Below are positions 18,287-27,970 of a stretch of DNA of 64,000 bases, piece after piece; within the stretch, counting starts at the first letter, position 1, and every line of letters begins with the position of its first letter. The position numbers and the translations under genes are program-made. The notes under the pieces were generated by a model. The model made no database searches, was not told where the DNA came from, and worked only from the letters and a program-made list of their open reading frames with translations. This DNA comes from Selenomonadaceae bacterium (GTDB taxonomy: Bacteria > Bacillota > Negativicutes > Selenomonadales > Selenomonadaceae), in assembly GCA_017527075.1 (NCBI GenBank), contig JAFXQM010000009.1, positions 45,419-109,418 of the forward strand. The letters are read 5' to 3'.

Positions 18287-18546
18287 GAGGCCGTCAAGGA
18301 TGACGGCCGCGCCGCGTCTGACGCCGTGATGGCGTCATCCGGCGCACACCAAGCACGGGTAACCTCAACCTCCGAATCACGAGCGACCGCCGCCCCCGCG
18401 AGGTGCCCTTTCTCTTTGCTTCTTTCTCTTTGGGCACGCAAAGAGAAAGAAGGTTCAAGAGATAAAAATTTTTCTTCAGCCAAATGAGCACGACGCCCCG
18501 CGGCAATGAGGAGGGGTTCTGCGAGTCCACTCTTGAAAAAGAGGGG
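18287..18546 (-). repeat. structured interspersed element, copy A (reverse orientation relative to copy B)
   Basis: It aligns with the copies at 38480, 47660, 55846 and 59000. It shares the blocks CCCCCGCGAGGTGCCC and GGGTAACCTC..CCGAATC, and the hairpins GGCCGTCA/TGACGGCC and CTTTCTCTTTG/CAAAGAGAAAG. Confidence 0.8.
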
Positions 18547-18555
18547 ACGAATCCC

Positions 18556-19485
18556 TTACGCTATCCCCGAAAGAATCACAAAGTAATAAAAGACGGGCGC
18601 GGTGTAAAGTATGCTGTCGAAGCGGTCGAGCGCACCGCCGTGCCCCGGCAGGAAGAAACCCGAATCTTTTATGCCCGCGAAACGTTTGAGCACGGACTCA
18701 ACCAAATCTCCGAGCGTCGCGACAATCGCCAAGATGAATCCCGCGAATGCCATTTTAATCAGCGGCAAGCCGAAAATAATCGTGCCGACGAAGACCGCCG
18801 TCAAAATCGTGCCGACAATCGAGCCGAGGAAACCTTCCACAGTTTTGCCGGGGCTTATCGACGAGGCGAGCTTGTGAGAGCCAATCGCCGAGCCGACGAA
18901 GTACGCAAAGGTGTCACTCGCCCACGTGCACGCGAACAGCACCCAAACCAGAGCGCAGCCCGCGTCGACGTTCAAGTTCAAACTCAAGTTGAGCGACGGC
19001 AGGAAGTCGAGAATTTTTCCGATGTCAAACTTGTCGAGAAGCGTCGCGTTGTTCGTGGCAATGTCTTGGACAGTCGTGACCGCTTCGCCCGGCTGAGGTT
19101 CGTCCGCCAGGAAGCGCAGGAAAATTAAATGCGCGAACGGCAACCCGATATACATTATCCCCGCCACCGACACGCAAGCATCCGTCGGGCGGGTGCTCCC
19201 GCGCAAAATAACCGTCAGCAAAAAAATCATCATCATGCTGCCGGTCAAGACCGCCAAGAGTTCTTCGACGTTTCCGAGCCACGCGCAACACAAAAACAAA
19301 ATCAGAGCCAACGCTCCGAAAATGTAAGTCGTAATGACTCCCGCGCGCCTGAACGCGGCGGAATATTCGTGCCAGGCCAAAAGCGACAAAAATATCGCGA
19401 AGCCCGCGAACGGCGCGCCGCCGGATTGAATCACGAATGCCGCAATAGCAATTCCGATAATCCCCGTGATAATTCTTAAAAGCAA
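18556..19485 (-). CDS. cdsA: phosphatidate cytidylyltransferase
   Basis: Polytopic protein ending in the signature LKRFAGIKDSGFFLPGHGGALDRFDS. Confidence 0.9.
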   Translation of the reverse strand: MLLRIITGIIGIAIAAFVIQSGGAPFAGFAIFLSLLAWHEYSAAFRRAGVITTYIFGALALILFLCCAWLGNVEELLAVLTGSMMMIFLLTVILRGSTRPTDACVSVAGIMYIGLPFAHLIFLRFLADEPQPGEAVTTVQDIATNNATLLDKFDIGKILDFLPSLNLSLNLNVDAGCALVWVLFACTWASDTFAYFVGSAIGSHKLASSISPGKTVEGFLGSIVGTILTAVFVGTIIFGLPLIKMAFAGFILAIVATLGDLVESVLKRFAGIKDSGFFLPGHGGALDRFDSILYTAPVFYYFVILSGIA

Positions 19486-19497
19486 GGCGTCACTTCC

Positions 19498-20496
19498 TCA
19501 CGCATTTTTTATTTGAACGAAAATTTTCTGTTGAGTTATCAAATCGGCGAGGAGCCACGAAATTAAAACGTCGTGTTCGCCGAGTGATTCCCCGAATTCA
19601 TTTTTTATCGCCGAGAAAATTTCCGGCGGAGACAAATTCAAACTGCTCTCAAAAACTTGCGCCGTCTTCGTGTGAACAAAAAATTCCAACACGGCGCAAC
19701 GATATTGCACGTTCCGCCGAAAGAATTCGATTCGCTCCATCAAATCGTCGAGTAATTTTGTTCCGCGAACAATCGGTTTCATCCAAAAGGTCAGCGTCTC
19801 TTGCTCGGTTCGTTCGCGGCGCAGGACAGAATTTTCCGATTGCCGCCAAACGTAAACGGGATTTGGGACGCGCACAATTCTTTCTGCGAAAAAAATCAGC
19901 GCGCAAGTCCAAACGTCGTCTTCGGCAGGCGCAAATGGCGGGAAAAAAATTTCGTGACCAAGAAGTAAATCTCGTCTGACAAATTTGCTCCACGTCGTGA
20001 GAAAAAATTTTCTCTCCACCAGTTCGTGAACTCTTTCGGCGAGATTTTCCGTCTCCAAAGTCGGTGTGCCGAGAGTTTCGCCCGCGATTTGAATTTCGTC
20101 GAGGTCGGAGCTTGCCTCAAAGTGCCTTTCAAGATAAATGACGTCGGCGGAAAAATTTTTTGCCGCGGCGTGAAGTTCCTCAAGCGCGGTCGGCGTGAGC
20201 AAGTCGTCGGCGTCCACGAAGAAAACGTATTCGCCGCGAGAAAGTTTCAAGCCTTTGTTGCGCGGGAGTGCACAGCCACCCGAATTTTTTTTCGTGGCAA
20301 AAAGTTTCAATCGTCCGCCGAATCTCGGCGCATAACGTTCGACAACCGCGCGGCTTGAATCCGTGGAGCAATCGTCGACGACGATAACTTCAAAGTCTTG
20401 CAAGCTTTGCGCGAGTAAACTTTCCAAACATTCGGCGATAAATTTTTCCGCGTTGAACATGGGAATGATAACAGAAACTGCAGGCGTGTCGGTCAT
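19498..20496 (-). CDS. family-2 glycosyltransferase (GT-A fold), paralog 1
   Basis: VSVIIPMFNAEKFIAECLESLLAQS..FEVIVVDDCSTDSS ... FVDADDLL (DxD). Confidence 0.85.
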   Translation of the reverse strand: MTDTPAVSVIIPMFNAEKFIAECLESLLAQSLQDFEVIVVDDCSTDSSRAVVERYAPRFGGRLKLFATKKNSGGCALPRNKGLKLSRGEYVFFVDADDLLTPTALEELHAAAKNFSADVIYLERHFEASSDLDEIQIAGETLGTPTLETENLAERVHELVERKFFLTTWSKFVRRDLLLGHEIFFPPFAPAEDDVWTCALIFFAERIVRVPNPVYVWRQSENSVLRRERTEQETLTFWMKPIVRGTKLLDDLMERIEFFRRNVQYRCAVLEFFVHTKTAQVFESSLNLSPPEIFSAIKNEFGESLGEHDVLISWLLADLITQQKIFVQIKNA

Positions 20497-21545
20497 GAGA
20501 TTACTCCTTGCTTCAAAAGATTTTCCGGCTCGGTGATTTGCGTTTTGCTTTCCTCGATAGTTTTCCGTTGATTGTTTACGAGAGTAAAGAGAACGGAAAC
20601 CATAACGGCATGTTCGCCAAGTTCGTGCCCGAATTCATTCTTTATCGAATTGTACATTTCGGGCGACGAAACTTCTGAACTGTTTTTATAAATCTGATTG
20701 AAATATCTTTGTGCGGAATGTTCCAAAATGGCGTAACGATATTGAGGATTCAATTTAAAAAAAGGAACTCTGTCCATGGTGCCGGCGAGCCATCTTTGAC
20801 CTTTGATAATGCTGTTGGCGTAGATATTCATCGTTTGCAGAGGAGTTCTCTTTGTTCGGAGCAACGAGTTATCCGATTTGCGATAAAGATAAACTGCAAG
20901 CGGAACGTGGACAATTTTTTTTGCAAAGAAGAGAAGACCGTGTGTCCAAATTTCATCTTCGCAAATTTTGAGGCCTTTTGGGAAAAAAATTTTATGTACG
21001 AGTAAAAAATCACGCCGCAACAATTTTCGCCAAGGAGCCCAATAAAAATTGTCTTTTAACAGCCCCTCCACGCGCCACTTCAAATTCATCTCGAAAATAC
21101 TTTCATCATTTGCCGTGGGTTTTTTCAAATGTCGGAGCGTTCGTTGTTTGCCGTCGTCGCTCATGTTGTAAAAGCCCGTGCAGTTGACAAACTCAACATC
21201 AAAATATTTCGCGGTTTTGTACATTCTTTCCAAGCCGTTCGGCAAAATCAAATCGTCGGCGTCCATGAAAAAAACGTATTCGCCGCGAGAAAGTTTCAAA
21301 CCCTTGTTGCGCGGGACTGAGCCGCTGCCCGAATTTTTTTTCGTGGCAGAAAGTTTCAATCGCCCGCCGAATTTTTTTAGATAACCCGCAACAATTTGAC
21401 GGCTTGAATCCGTGGAACAATCGTCGACGACGATAACTTCAAAGTCTTGCAAGCTTTGCGCGAGTAAACTTTCCAAACACTCGGCAATAAATTTTTCCGC
21501 GTTGAACATCGGGATGATAACGGAAACTTCGGGCGTATCGTTCAT
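20493..21545 (-). CDS. family-2 glycosyltransferase, paralog 2
   Basis: The same N-terminal GT2 motifs are present and FMDADDLI is the DxD. The stop/start overlaps ATGA with the neighbours. Confidence 0.85.
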   Translation of the reverse strand: MNDTPEVSVIIPMFNAEKFIAECLESLLAQSLQDFEVIVVDDCSTDSSRQIVAGYLKKFGGRLKLSATKKNSGSGSVPRNKGLKLSRGEYVFFMDADDLILPNGLERMYKTAKYFDVEFVNCTGFYNMSDDGKQRTLRHLKKPTANDESIFEMNLKWRVEGLLKDNFYWAPWRKLLRRDFLLVHKIFFPKGLKICEDEIWTHGLLFFAKKIVHVPLAVYLYRKSDNSLLRTKRTPLQTMNIYANSIIKGQRWLAGTMDRVPFFKLNPQYRYAILEHSAQRYFNQIYKNSSEVSSPEMYNSIKNEFGHELGEHAVMVSVLFTLVNNQRKTIEESKTQITEPENLLKQGVIS

Positions 21546-22624
21546 GAGTGTGCTCCTTTATTCAAACGACTTTCAAGCTCGGCGATATGAATTTCATCGT
21601 CTTCGATAGATTTTTTGTGCCCGTTTATGAGAGAGCAGAGAACGGGCACCATCGCATTGTATTTGCCGAAATTTTTTCCGAACTCTTGCCGCACCAGCGA
21701 GTAAACGGTTTCGTCGGTCCAATTTCTTTTCCGAACGGTCTGAAGAAGCCGTCTGAACATATCGTCCGTGAAGTCCGCCAAAATTTTGTAACGATACTCC
21801 GGATTTTTTTTAATGAACTCCGATTTGTTCATTATGTCATCAATCCATTTTATCCCGTAAAAAATCGTGTTCATCCTGTAGTTTATGTATTGCACGTTAT
21901 TTCTTTTCGTTCTGGTCAGAGATTCGTCGGACATGCGGTAGTAGTTGAATATCATCTTCGTGTGAACGATTCTTTTGGCGAGGAGCAGAAAGCCGTGTTT
22001 CCAAACGACATCTTCACAGCTGCTGACGTTTTCGGGGAAGAAAATTCCGTTCCCGATTAAAAAATCGCGGCGGAACATCCTGAGCCAGGGCACGCCGTAA
22101 AATCTGTAGTTGAACGGTTTTTCGAGTCGCCAAAGCAAATCATCGTCGACGAAGAAATCTCCCTCTCGTCCTTCAAAAATTTTTTCGTTCCTGCTGGAAG
22201 TCGCTTTTATTTTTTTTGCGTCTTCTTCCATCCTGTGAAACGCTCCGAGGCTGACAACATCGGCGTCATGTTTTTTTGCCAGCTCGTACATTTTTTCGAG
22301 TGCGTCCGCTTTAATCAAATCGTCGCTGTCCAAGAAAAAAACGTATTCGCCGCGCGAAAGGAGCAAACCTCTGTTGCGCGTGCCCGAAGCCTTTGAGTTC
22401 ACCACGTTGTCATAAAGTTTCAAGCGTCCACCAAACTTTTTGAGATAACTTTCGGCAACGCGCCGGCCGTTGTCGGTCGAGCAGTCGTTGACGAGAATCA
22501 CTTCAAAATCTTGCAACGTTTGAGCCAAAACACTTTCAAGAGTCTCGCCGAGATATTTTTCCGCGTTATACATCGGCATGACCACGGAAACCGCGCAGGC
22601 CGCCGACGGTGATTTTATTGTCAT
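21542..22624 (-). CDS. family-2 glycosyltransferase, paralog 3
   Basis: VSVVMPMYNAEKYLGETLESVLAQT...VILVNDCSTDN...FLDSDDLI. Confidence 0.85.
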   Translation of the reverse strand: MTIKSPSAACAVSVVMPMYNAEKYLGETLESVLAQTLQDFEVILVNDCSTDNGRRVAESYLKKFGGRLKLYDNVVNSKASGTRNRGLLLSRGEYVFFLDSDDLIKADALEKMYELAKKHDADVVSLGAFHRMEEDAKKIKATSSRNEKIFEGREGDFFVDDDLLWRLEKPFNYRFYGVPWLRMFRRDFLIGNGIFFPENVSSCEDVVWKHGFLLLAKRIVHTKMIFNYYRMSDESLTRTKRNNVQYINYRMNTIFYGIKWIDDIMNKSEFIKKNPEYRYKILADFTDDMFRRLLQTVRKRNWTDETVYSLVRQEFGKNFGKYNAMVPVLCSLINGHKKSIEDDEIHIAELESRLNKGAHS

Positions 22625-23718
22625 GAGGATTCTCCTTTCATTTGCTCTTCAAGTTCGCTGAGAAGCATTTTGTTTTTCTCTTCTCCTTGCAGTTGCTCTT
22701 CGAGTTCAATGAGACGCATTTTGTTTTTCTCGTCAGCCTTTTGGAAACTGTTCACCAGCGTTAAGAGGACGGAAATCAAGACATCATAATCTCCGAAATT
22801 TTTTCCGAACGTTTTCTTCACCGAGCGATAAATTTCAGTCTGCGGAGCTTTGAGGCTGACCTTGTAAAGCATTTCAAAATATTTTTGCGCGACGTGCGAC
22901 AAAATTTCGTAGCGATATTGGGGCACCGTTTTGAAGAAAAGAATTTTGTCCATCAGGCTGTCAATCCAAGTCAATCCTCGGACAATTACGTTGATGAAGA
23001 CGTTCACATTTTGCAAGGCTGTGATTTTTCTTCTGGACAATGAGTCGACGGATTTGCGATAAAAGTAAACCGCGAGCGGTGTGTGCAAAATTTTTTGTGC
23101 GCAAAAAAGAAGACCGAACGTCCAAATCCTGTCACCATAAATTTCAATTCCTTCGGGGAAAAAGATTCCGTTTCGAATTAAAAAATCACGGCGCGACAAT
23201 CTTCGCCAGGGAGCCCAATAAAAATTATCTTCCAACAATCCTTTAACGCGCCACTCCAAATTTACATCGATAATGTTTTCGAGTGTCGCCGTGGGTTTTT
23301 TCAAACGCCGAAGCTTTCTTTCTTTGCCGTCGTCACTCAAGTCATAATGACCCGTGCAGTTTACAACGTCGACATCAAAACTTTTTGCGAGCCCGTAAAG
23401 TCTCTTCAAGCCGTTCGGCAAAATCAAATCGTCGGCGTCCATGAAGAAGACGTATTCCCCGCGGGAAATTTCCAAGCCTTTGTTGCGCGTGGCAGACACG
23501 CCGAGATTTTTTTGATTATCATAAATCGTCAAACGTCCGCCGAATTTTTCAAGATAACCCTCGGCAATTTGTCGGCTGCCGTCGGTCGAAGCGTCATTGA
23601 CGAGAATCACTTCAAAGTCTTGAAAAGTTTGAACCAGAACGCTGTCGAGGCATTCGGCGATATATTTTTCCGCGTTGTACATCGGAATGATAACGGAAAT
23701 AGTGGGAGCACTCGTCAT
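22621..23718 (-). CDS. family-2 glycosyltransferase, paralog 4 (repeated coiled C-terminal tail)
   Basis: ISVIIPMYNAEKYIAECLDSVLVQT...FMDADDLI. The C-terminus carries the duplication KNKMRLIELEEQLQGEEKNKMLLSELEEQMKG. Confidence 0.85.
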   Translation of the reverse strand: MTSAPTISVIIPMYNAEKYIAECLDSVLVQTFQDFEVILVNDASTDGSRQIAEGYLEKFGGRLTIYDNQKNLGVSATRNKGLEISRGEYVFFMDADDLILPNGLKRLYGLAKSFDVDVVNCTGHYDLSDDGKERKLRRLKKPTATLENIIDVNLEWRVKGLLEDNFYWAPWRRLSRRDFLIRNGIFFPEGIEIYGDRIWTFGLLFCAQKILHTPLAVYFYRKSVDSLSRRKITALQNVNVFINVIVRGLTWIDSLMDKILFFKTVPQYRYEILSHVAQKYFEMLYKVSLKAPQTEIYRSVKKTFGKNFGDYDVLISVLLTLVNSFQKADEKNKMRLIELEEQLQGEEKNKMLLSELEEQMKGESS

Positions 23719-23730
23719 GAAAATCCCTCC

Positions 23731-24792
23731 TTATGTTGTCTTCAATTGAGCTTCAAGCTCGGTGATTCTATTCTGAGCCTGCGCGGCGAATTGATTAAAT
23801 CTTTGTTGGTTGACGGCGGAAATTCTCTGTTGCGTGTTCAAAGCCGTGCAAAGCAAGGAAATCATCTCGTTCGGGTCGCCAACTTCATCATCGAGCCCTT
23901 GCTTGATTATCTCGTAAACTTCAAACGGCTGAAGTTGAATACTTTTCTCCAAAACGGAGGCGAAATTCACTTGAATAAAATAATCCGCAAGCTCGTAAAA
24001 ATATACGGGATTTTGCCGGAAGAATTCTATCTCATCCATGATTTTCTTGAGAGAGTGCACGCCTTGAACAATTAAATCGATATAAGAAACTATCTTTCGA
24101 GCGGCTCCCATATCTTTTTTGGTAAATGAATCCTCGTGTTGACGATAAACATAAACCGCATTCGGGACGCGCAGAAATTTCTTCGCGCAAAGAATATCGT
24201 ATCTTCGTGTCCTTTCATCGGCGGGAAGTCCAATTGTTCTCAACCAAAAAATCTCGCGCGACAAGATGCAGCCAAGGTGCTCCCATAAACCTCCCGTGCA
24301 ATATTCCTTGAACGCGTTCAGCCAAATTTTCAGTTTCAAAGGTCGGCTCGTCGACGAAACTGCCTCGTTGATAACTTGTCAGCTGAATTTCTTTGAGGTC
24401 ATGATTCGCGCCGAAATATTTTTCGCAGTGGACAACGTCGGCGGCAAAATTTTTCGCAAGCGTGTAAAGCTCTTCAAGTGCGGTCGCCTTCACGAGCAAG
24501 TCGTGGCGTCCATGGAAAAAATATATTCGCCGCGTGAAAGTGCAAAGCCTTTGTTGTGAGGAAGTGCGCTGCTGCCCGAATTCTTTTTCATGCGCGAAAG
24601 TTTCAGCCGCCCGCCGAATTTCGGAATGTAACTTTCGACAATCGCATAACTTGAATCCGTCGAGCAATCATCAACGACGATGACCTCCAGGTTTTGGAGC
24701 GTCTGAGCCAAAAGGCTGTTGAGGCATTCGGCGATATATTTTTCCGCGTTGAACATGGGAATGATAATGGAAACGGCGGGAGAAATTATCAT
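23731..24792 (-). pseudogene. family-2 glycosyltransferase paralog 5, disrupted by at least two frameshifts
   Basis: The N-terminal 100 aa (24490..24792) end prematurely at ...EYIFSMDATTCS-stop, where the paralogs read MDADDL. The sequence continues in a second frame (24215..24667: LVKATALEELYTLAKNFAADVVHCEKYF) and then a third (23731..24339: ...LRVPNAVYVYRQ...). Confidence 0.8.
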
Positions 24793-24804
24793 GAAAGCTC
24801 CTCC

Positions 24805-25866
24805 TTAATTTTTATCGAAACCGACAAGTTGCTCTTGGGTTGAAACCAAATGTTTTTCCGGCTTGTGCTTGGCGAGTTTTCTTTGATATTCATTTATCAG
24901 AGTGAAGAGAACGGGAACGGCAACCGAAGCATTACAGCCGTCGGAGTTCTCCTTAAACTCCTCCCTCAGCGAATCATACATATCCCTCGGCGAAATGTGT
25001 GAATCAATATGAGTAACTATCTTGAAAAATCTTTTCGCAATGTGTTTCAATATCGGGTAACGATATTTTGGATTTTTTTCGAAGAAGGGAGCTCTGTCCA
25101 TGATTTTGTCAATCCACTCCATGGCGTGAACGAGCGCGCCCGCCCTGAAGTTTATCCGTTCCAATCGACTCATGGTTACGCTTTCAGAAACCAGAGAGCT
25201 GCGGTGAAAATAAACCGCGCGCGGCACGTGAATAATTTTTTTTGCAAAGAACAACAGGGCATGAGTCCACATCACGTCCTCGACGCGTTTGAGCTTTACG
25301 GGGAAGAAAATTTTGTTTTCAAGCAAAAACTCACGCCGCGACATTTTTCGCCAAGGAGCCCAACCGAATCTGTCGTGCAACAAAAAATTTTTTATCCGCC
25401 ACTCCATATTTGACTCAAGCAAGTATTTGCCTTTTATTTTGCCCACGGAGAATTTGCGAGTAACTTCCTTGCCGTCTTCGCTCATGGAATATGCTTCCGT
25501 GAAATTGACAACGTCGACGTTAAAGTGCTTCGCCTTACCGTACAATTCTTCCAAAGCACTTGCCAAAATCAAATCGTCGTCGTCCATGAAGAAAACATAT
25601 TCGCCCTGCGCCCGAAGCAAACCGTTGTTGCGCGTGCTGCTGATTCCCAAGTTGCTTTCGTTATCGTAAATCTTCAGCCGTCCGCCGAACTTTTCAAGAT
25701 AACTTTCGGCGATTTGTCGGCTGCCGTCGGTCGCGCAGTCATTGACGATAATCACTTCAAAATCTTGAAACGTCTGAGCCAAAACGCTGTCGAGGCATTC
25801 GGCGATATACTTTTCCGCGTTGAACATGGGAATGATGACGGAAACGGCGGGAGCATTTGCCATCAA
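24805..25866 (-). CDS. family-2 glycosyltransferase, paralog 6
   Basis: VSVIIPMFNAEKYIAECLDSVLAQT...VIIVNDCATDGS...FMDDDDLI. Confidence 0.85.
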   Translation of the reverse strand: MMANAPAVSVIIPMFNAEKYIAECLDSVLAQTFQDFEVIIVNDCATDGSRQIAESYLEKFGGRLKIYDNESNLGISSTRNNGLLRAQGEYVFFMDDDDLILASALEELYGKAKHFNVDVVNFTEAYSMSEDGKEVTRKFSVGKIKGKYLLESNMEWRIKNFLLHDRFGWAPWRKMSRREFLLENKIFFPVKLKRVEDVMWTHALLFFAKKIIHVPRAVYFHRSSLVSESVTMSRLERINFRAGALVHAMEWIDKIMDRAPFFEKNPKYRYPILKHIAKRFFKIVTHIDSHISPRDMYDSLREEFKENSDGCNASVAVPVLFTLINEYQRKLAKHKPEKHLVSTQEQLVGFDKN

Positions 25867-25875
25867 AAATTCTTC

Positions 25876-26622
25876 TTAACTGTTGAGCGCGCCGAAGCGA
25901 CGAGTCCTCTTGCCGAAGTCAACAAGCGCGTCGATAAATTCTTCGGGCGTGAATTCGGGCCAGGGCGTGTCGGTGAACCAAAACTCGGCGTAAGCTGCCT
26001 GCCATAATAAAAAATTGCTGACACGCAAATCGCCGCTCGTCCTTATCAGCAAATCGACGGGCGGCTGACCTGCAGTGTCCAGTTCGTTTTCAAAAATTTG
26101 TGTGGAAATATTTTCGGGCGACAACTCTCCCGCCGCAACCTGTCGTGCCAATTTCTGAGCGGCGCGGATAATTTCATCTTGCCCGCCGTAATCCGCCGCC
26201 ACGTTGAATTTGACGCCCGTGTTGTTTTTCATCAGCTCGACCGACTCGCGCATTAATTTTTGTAAAGCCGGCGCGAAATCTTCCGTGCGCCCCAAAAATT
26301 TTATGCGGACGTTGTTGGCGTGCATTTCCTGCTTCTCGCGCTCCAGATAATCCGAGAACAGGTGCATTAGAAAATCGACTTCGACGGGCGGGCGTTTCCA
26401 ATTTTCCGTCGAGAAGGCGTAAACAGTCAAAGCCTCCAGCTTGAGGTTGACTGCCGTCTTCAAAATATTTTTCAAAGTTTTGACGCCGGCGGTGTGTCCC
26501 GCGCTCCGCAAAAGCCCGCGACGATTTGCCCAGCGTCCGTTGCCGTCCATTATTATCGCCACGTGCCGCGGCATTTTGTCTTTATCGACTCGCGCAAGCA
26601 AGCCGCCGTCGCTCTCCCACAT
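25876..26622 (-). CDS. uppS: undecaprenyl-diphosphate synthase (cis-prenyltransferase)
   Basis: PRHVAIIMDGNGRWA, YAFSTENWKRP, DLLIRTSGDLRVSNFLLWQAAYAEF. Confidence 0.92.
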   Translation of the reverse strand: MWESDGGLLARVDKDKMPRHVAIIMDGNGRWANRRGLLRSAGHTAGVKTLKNILKTAVNLKLEALTVYAFSTENWKRPPVEVDFLMHLFSDYLEREKQEMHANNVRIKFLGRTEDFAPALQKLMRESVELMKNNTGVKFNVAADYGGQDEIIRAAQKLARQVAAGELSPENISTQIFENELDTAGQPPVDLLIRTSGDLRVSNFLLWQAAYAEFWFTDTPWPEFTPEEFIDALVDFGKRTRRFGALNS

Positions 26623-26623
26623 G

Positions 26624-27181
26624 TCAGACTTCCATAACTTCCTTTTCTTTGCCGGCTCTCGCGCCGTCGACGAGCTTAATATATTTGTCGAGGAGCTTTT
26701 GCATTTCCTCTTGAGCGTCTTTGCGGTCGTCTTCGGTTATCTGCTTGCCCTTTTCCAATTTCTTAATCGATTCGTTTGCGTCGCGGCGGATGTTGCGCAT
26801 GGCAACCTTTGCCTCCTCCGCCTTCTTGCTGACGACTTTGACGAGTTCCTTGCGGCGTTCTTGCGTCGGCTGAGGAATTGTCAAACGAATGGTCGCGCCG
26901 TCGTTGTTGGGCGTCAAGCCGAGGTCGCTCTTTTGAATGGCGCGTTCAATATCTTTCAGCGAGCTGCGGTCGTAGGGCTTAATCATAATCATGCGCGGTT
27001 CAGGGACTGTGACGTTAGCGATTTGGTTGACGGGCGTGGCCGTGCCGTAATAATCAACCATGACTTTGTCGAGAAGGCTGGGGGCGGCGCGTCCCGCACG
27101 AAGAGTGCCGTAATCTTTTTTCAAGCCGTCGAGGGTTTTGCCGAGTCTGTCCTCCGCCGATTTGATAACGTCTTTGGTCAT
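26624..27181 (-). CDS. frr: ribosome recycling factor
   Basis: LRAGRAAPSLLDKVMVDYYGTATPVNQIANVTVPEPRMIMIKPYD. Confidence 0.95.
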   Translation of the reverse strand: MTKDVIKSAEDRLGKTLDGLKKDYGTLRAGRAAPSLLDKVMVDYYGTATPVNQIANVTVPEPRMIMIKPYDRSSLKDIERAIQKSDLGLTPNNDGATIRLTIPQPTQERRKELVKVVSKKAEEAKVAMRNIRRDANESIKKLEKGKQITEDDRKDAQEEMQKLLDKYIKLVDGARAGKEKEVMEV

Positions 27182-27246
27182 TTAAAAAAGCCTCCTTTGT
27201 AAGGAATAAGGGTTTCAATTCCTCATTCCTAATTCCTCATTCCTAA

Positions 27247-27954
27247 TTAACCAACTGTTGTGCCGATTGTCTCGCCGACAGCGGCGCGGTAAATATTTTC
27301 GTGGTCGTCGATGTTGAAAACGACGAGCGGAATGTGATTGTCCATGCAAAGACTCGTCGCCGTGGCGTCCATGACGTGCAAGCCGAGATTCAGAATGTCA
27401 ATGTAACTTATCTTGTCGAATTTTTTTGCGTCGGGGAAACGGTTCGGGTCGCAGTCGTAAACGCCGTCGGCTCCGCGCTTGGCCATGAGGATGACGTCCG
27501 CCTCAACCTCCGCCGCTCTGAGGGCTGCCGTTGTGTCCGTGGAGAAGTAAGGGTTGCCGGTGCCCGCGCCGAAGATGACGACGCGCCCTTTTTCCAGGTG
27601 ACGAACTGCGCGGCGGCGAATGTAAGGTTCGGCAACTTCGCTCATCTTAATTGCCGTCTGCACACGCGTGAAAACTTTCAGCTGCTCCAAGGCGTCTTGC
27701 AGGGCGAGCGCGTTCATGACAGTGGCGAGCATGCCCATGTAATCGGCCGAGGCTCTGTCCATGCCCTTTGCCGCGCCGCTCAAGCCGCGCCAGATATTTC
27801 CGCCGCCCACGACGATGGCAACTTCAAGTCCCGCCTCGTGAACTTTTTTAATCTGCCGAGCAATGCTCTCGACCACGGGAGGATAGATGCCGAAACTTTT
27901 TTCTCCGGCAAGTGCTTCGCCGCTCAACTTTAGAACTACACGTTTATACTTCAT
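27247..27954 (-). CDS. pyrH: UMP kinase
   Basis: [52 protein letters not shown]. Confidence 0.95.
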   Translation of the reverse strand: MKYKRVVLKLSGEALAGEKSFGIYPPVVESIARQIKKVHEAGLEVAIVVGGGNIWRGLSGAAKGMDRASADYMGMLATVMNALALQDALEQLKVFTRVQTAIKMSEVAEPYIRRRAVRHLEKGRVVIFGAGTGNPYFSTDTTAALRAAEVEADVILMAKRGADGVYDCDPNRFPDAKKFDKISYIDILNLGLHVMDATATSLCMDNHIPLVVFNIDDHENIYRAAVGETIGTTVG

Positions 27955-27970
27955 AAAGTCAACCGCCCCC

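Noticed and set aside
18137-18487. Short ORFs crossing the interspersed elements (18137..18487+, 38517..38735-, 47627..47836-, 55844..56047+, 58964..59215-), which share peptides such as PARCPFSLLLSLWARKEKE and PRGALFFCLLFFWARKRK.
   Set aside because: The shared peptide falls in different frames in different copies because of indels. The nucleotide changes are compensatory within hairpins rather than synonymous, and no RBS is present. I treat them as a by-product of a structured non-coding element.
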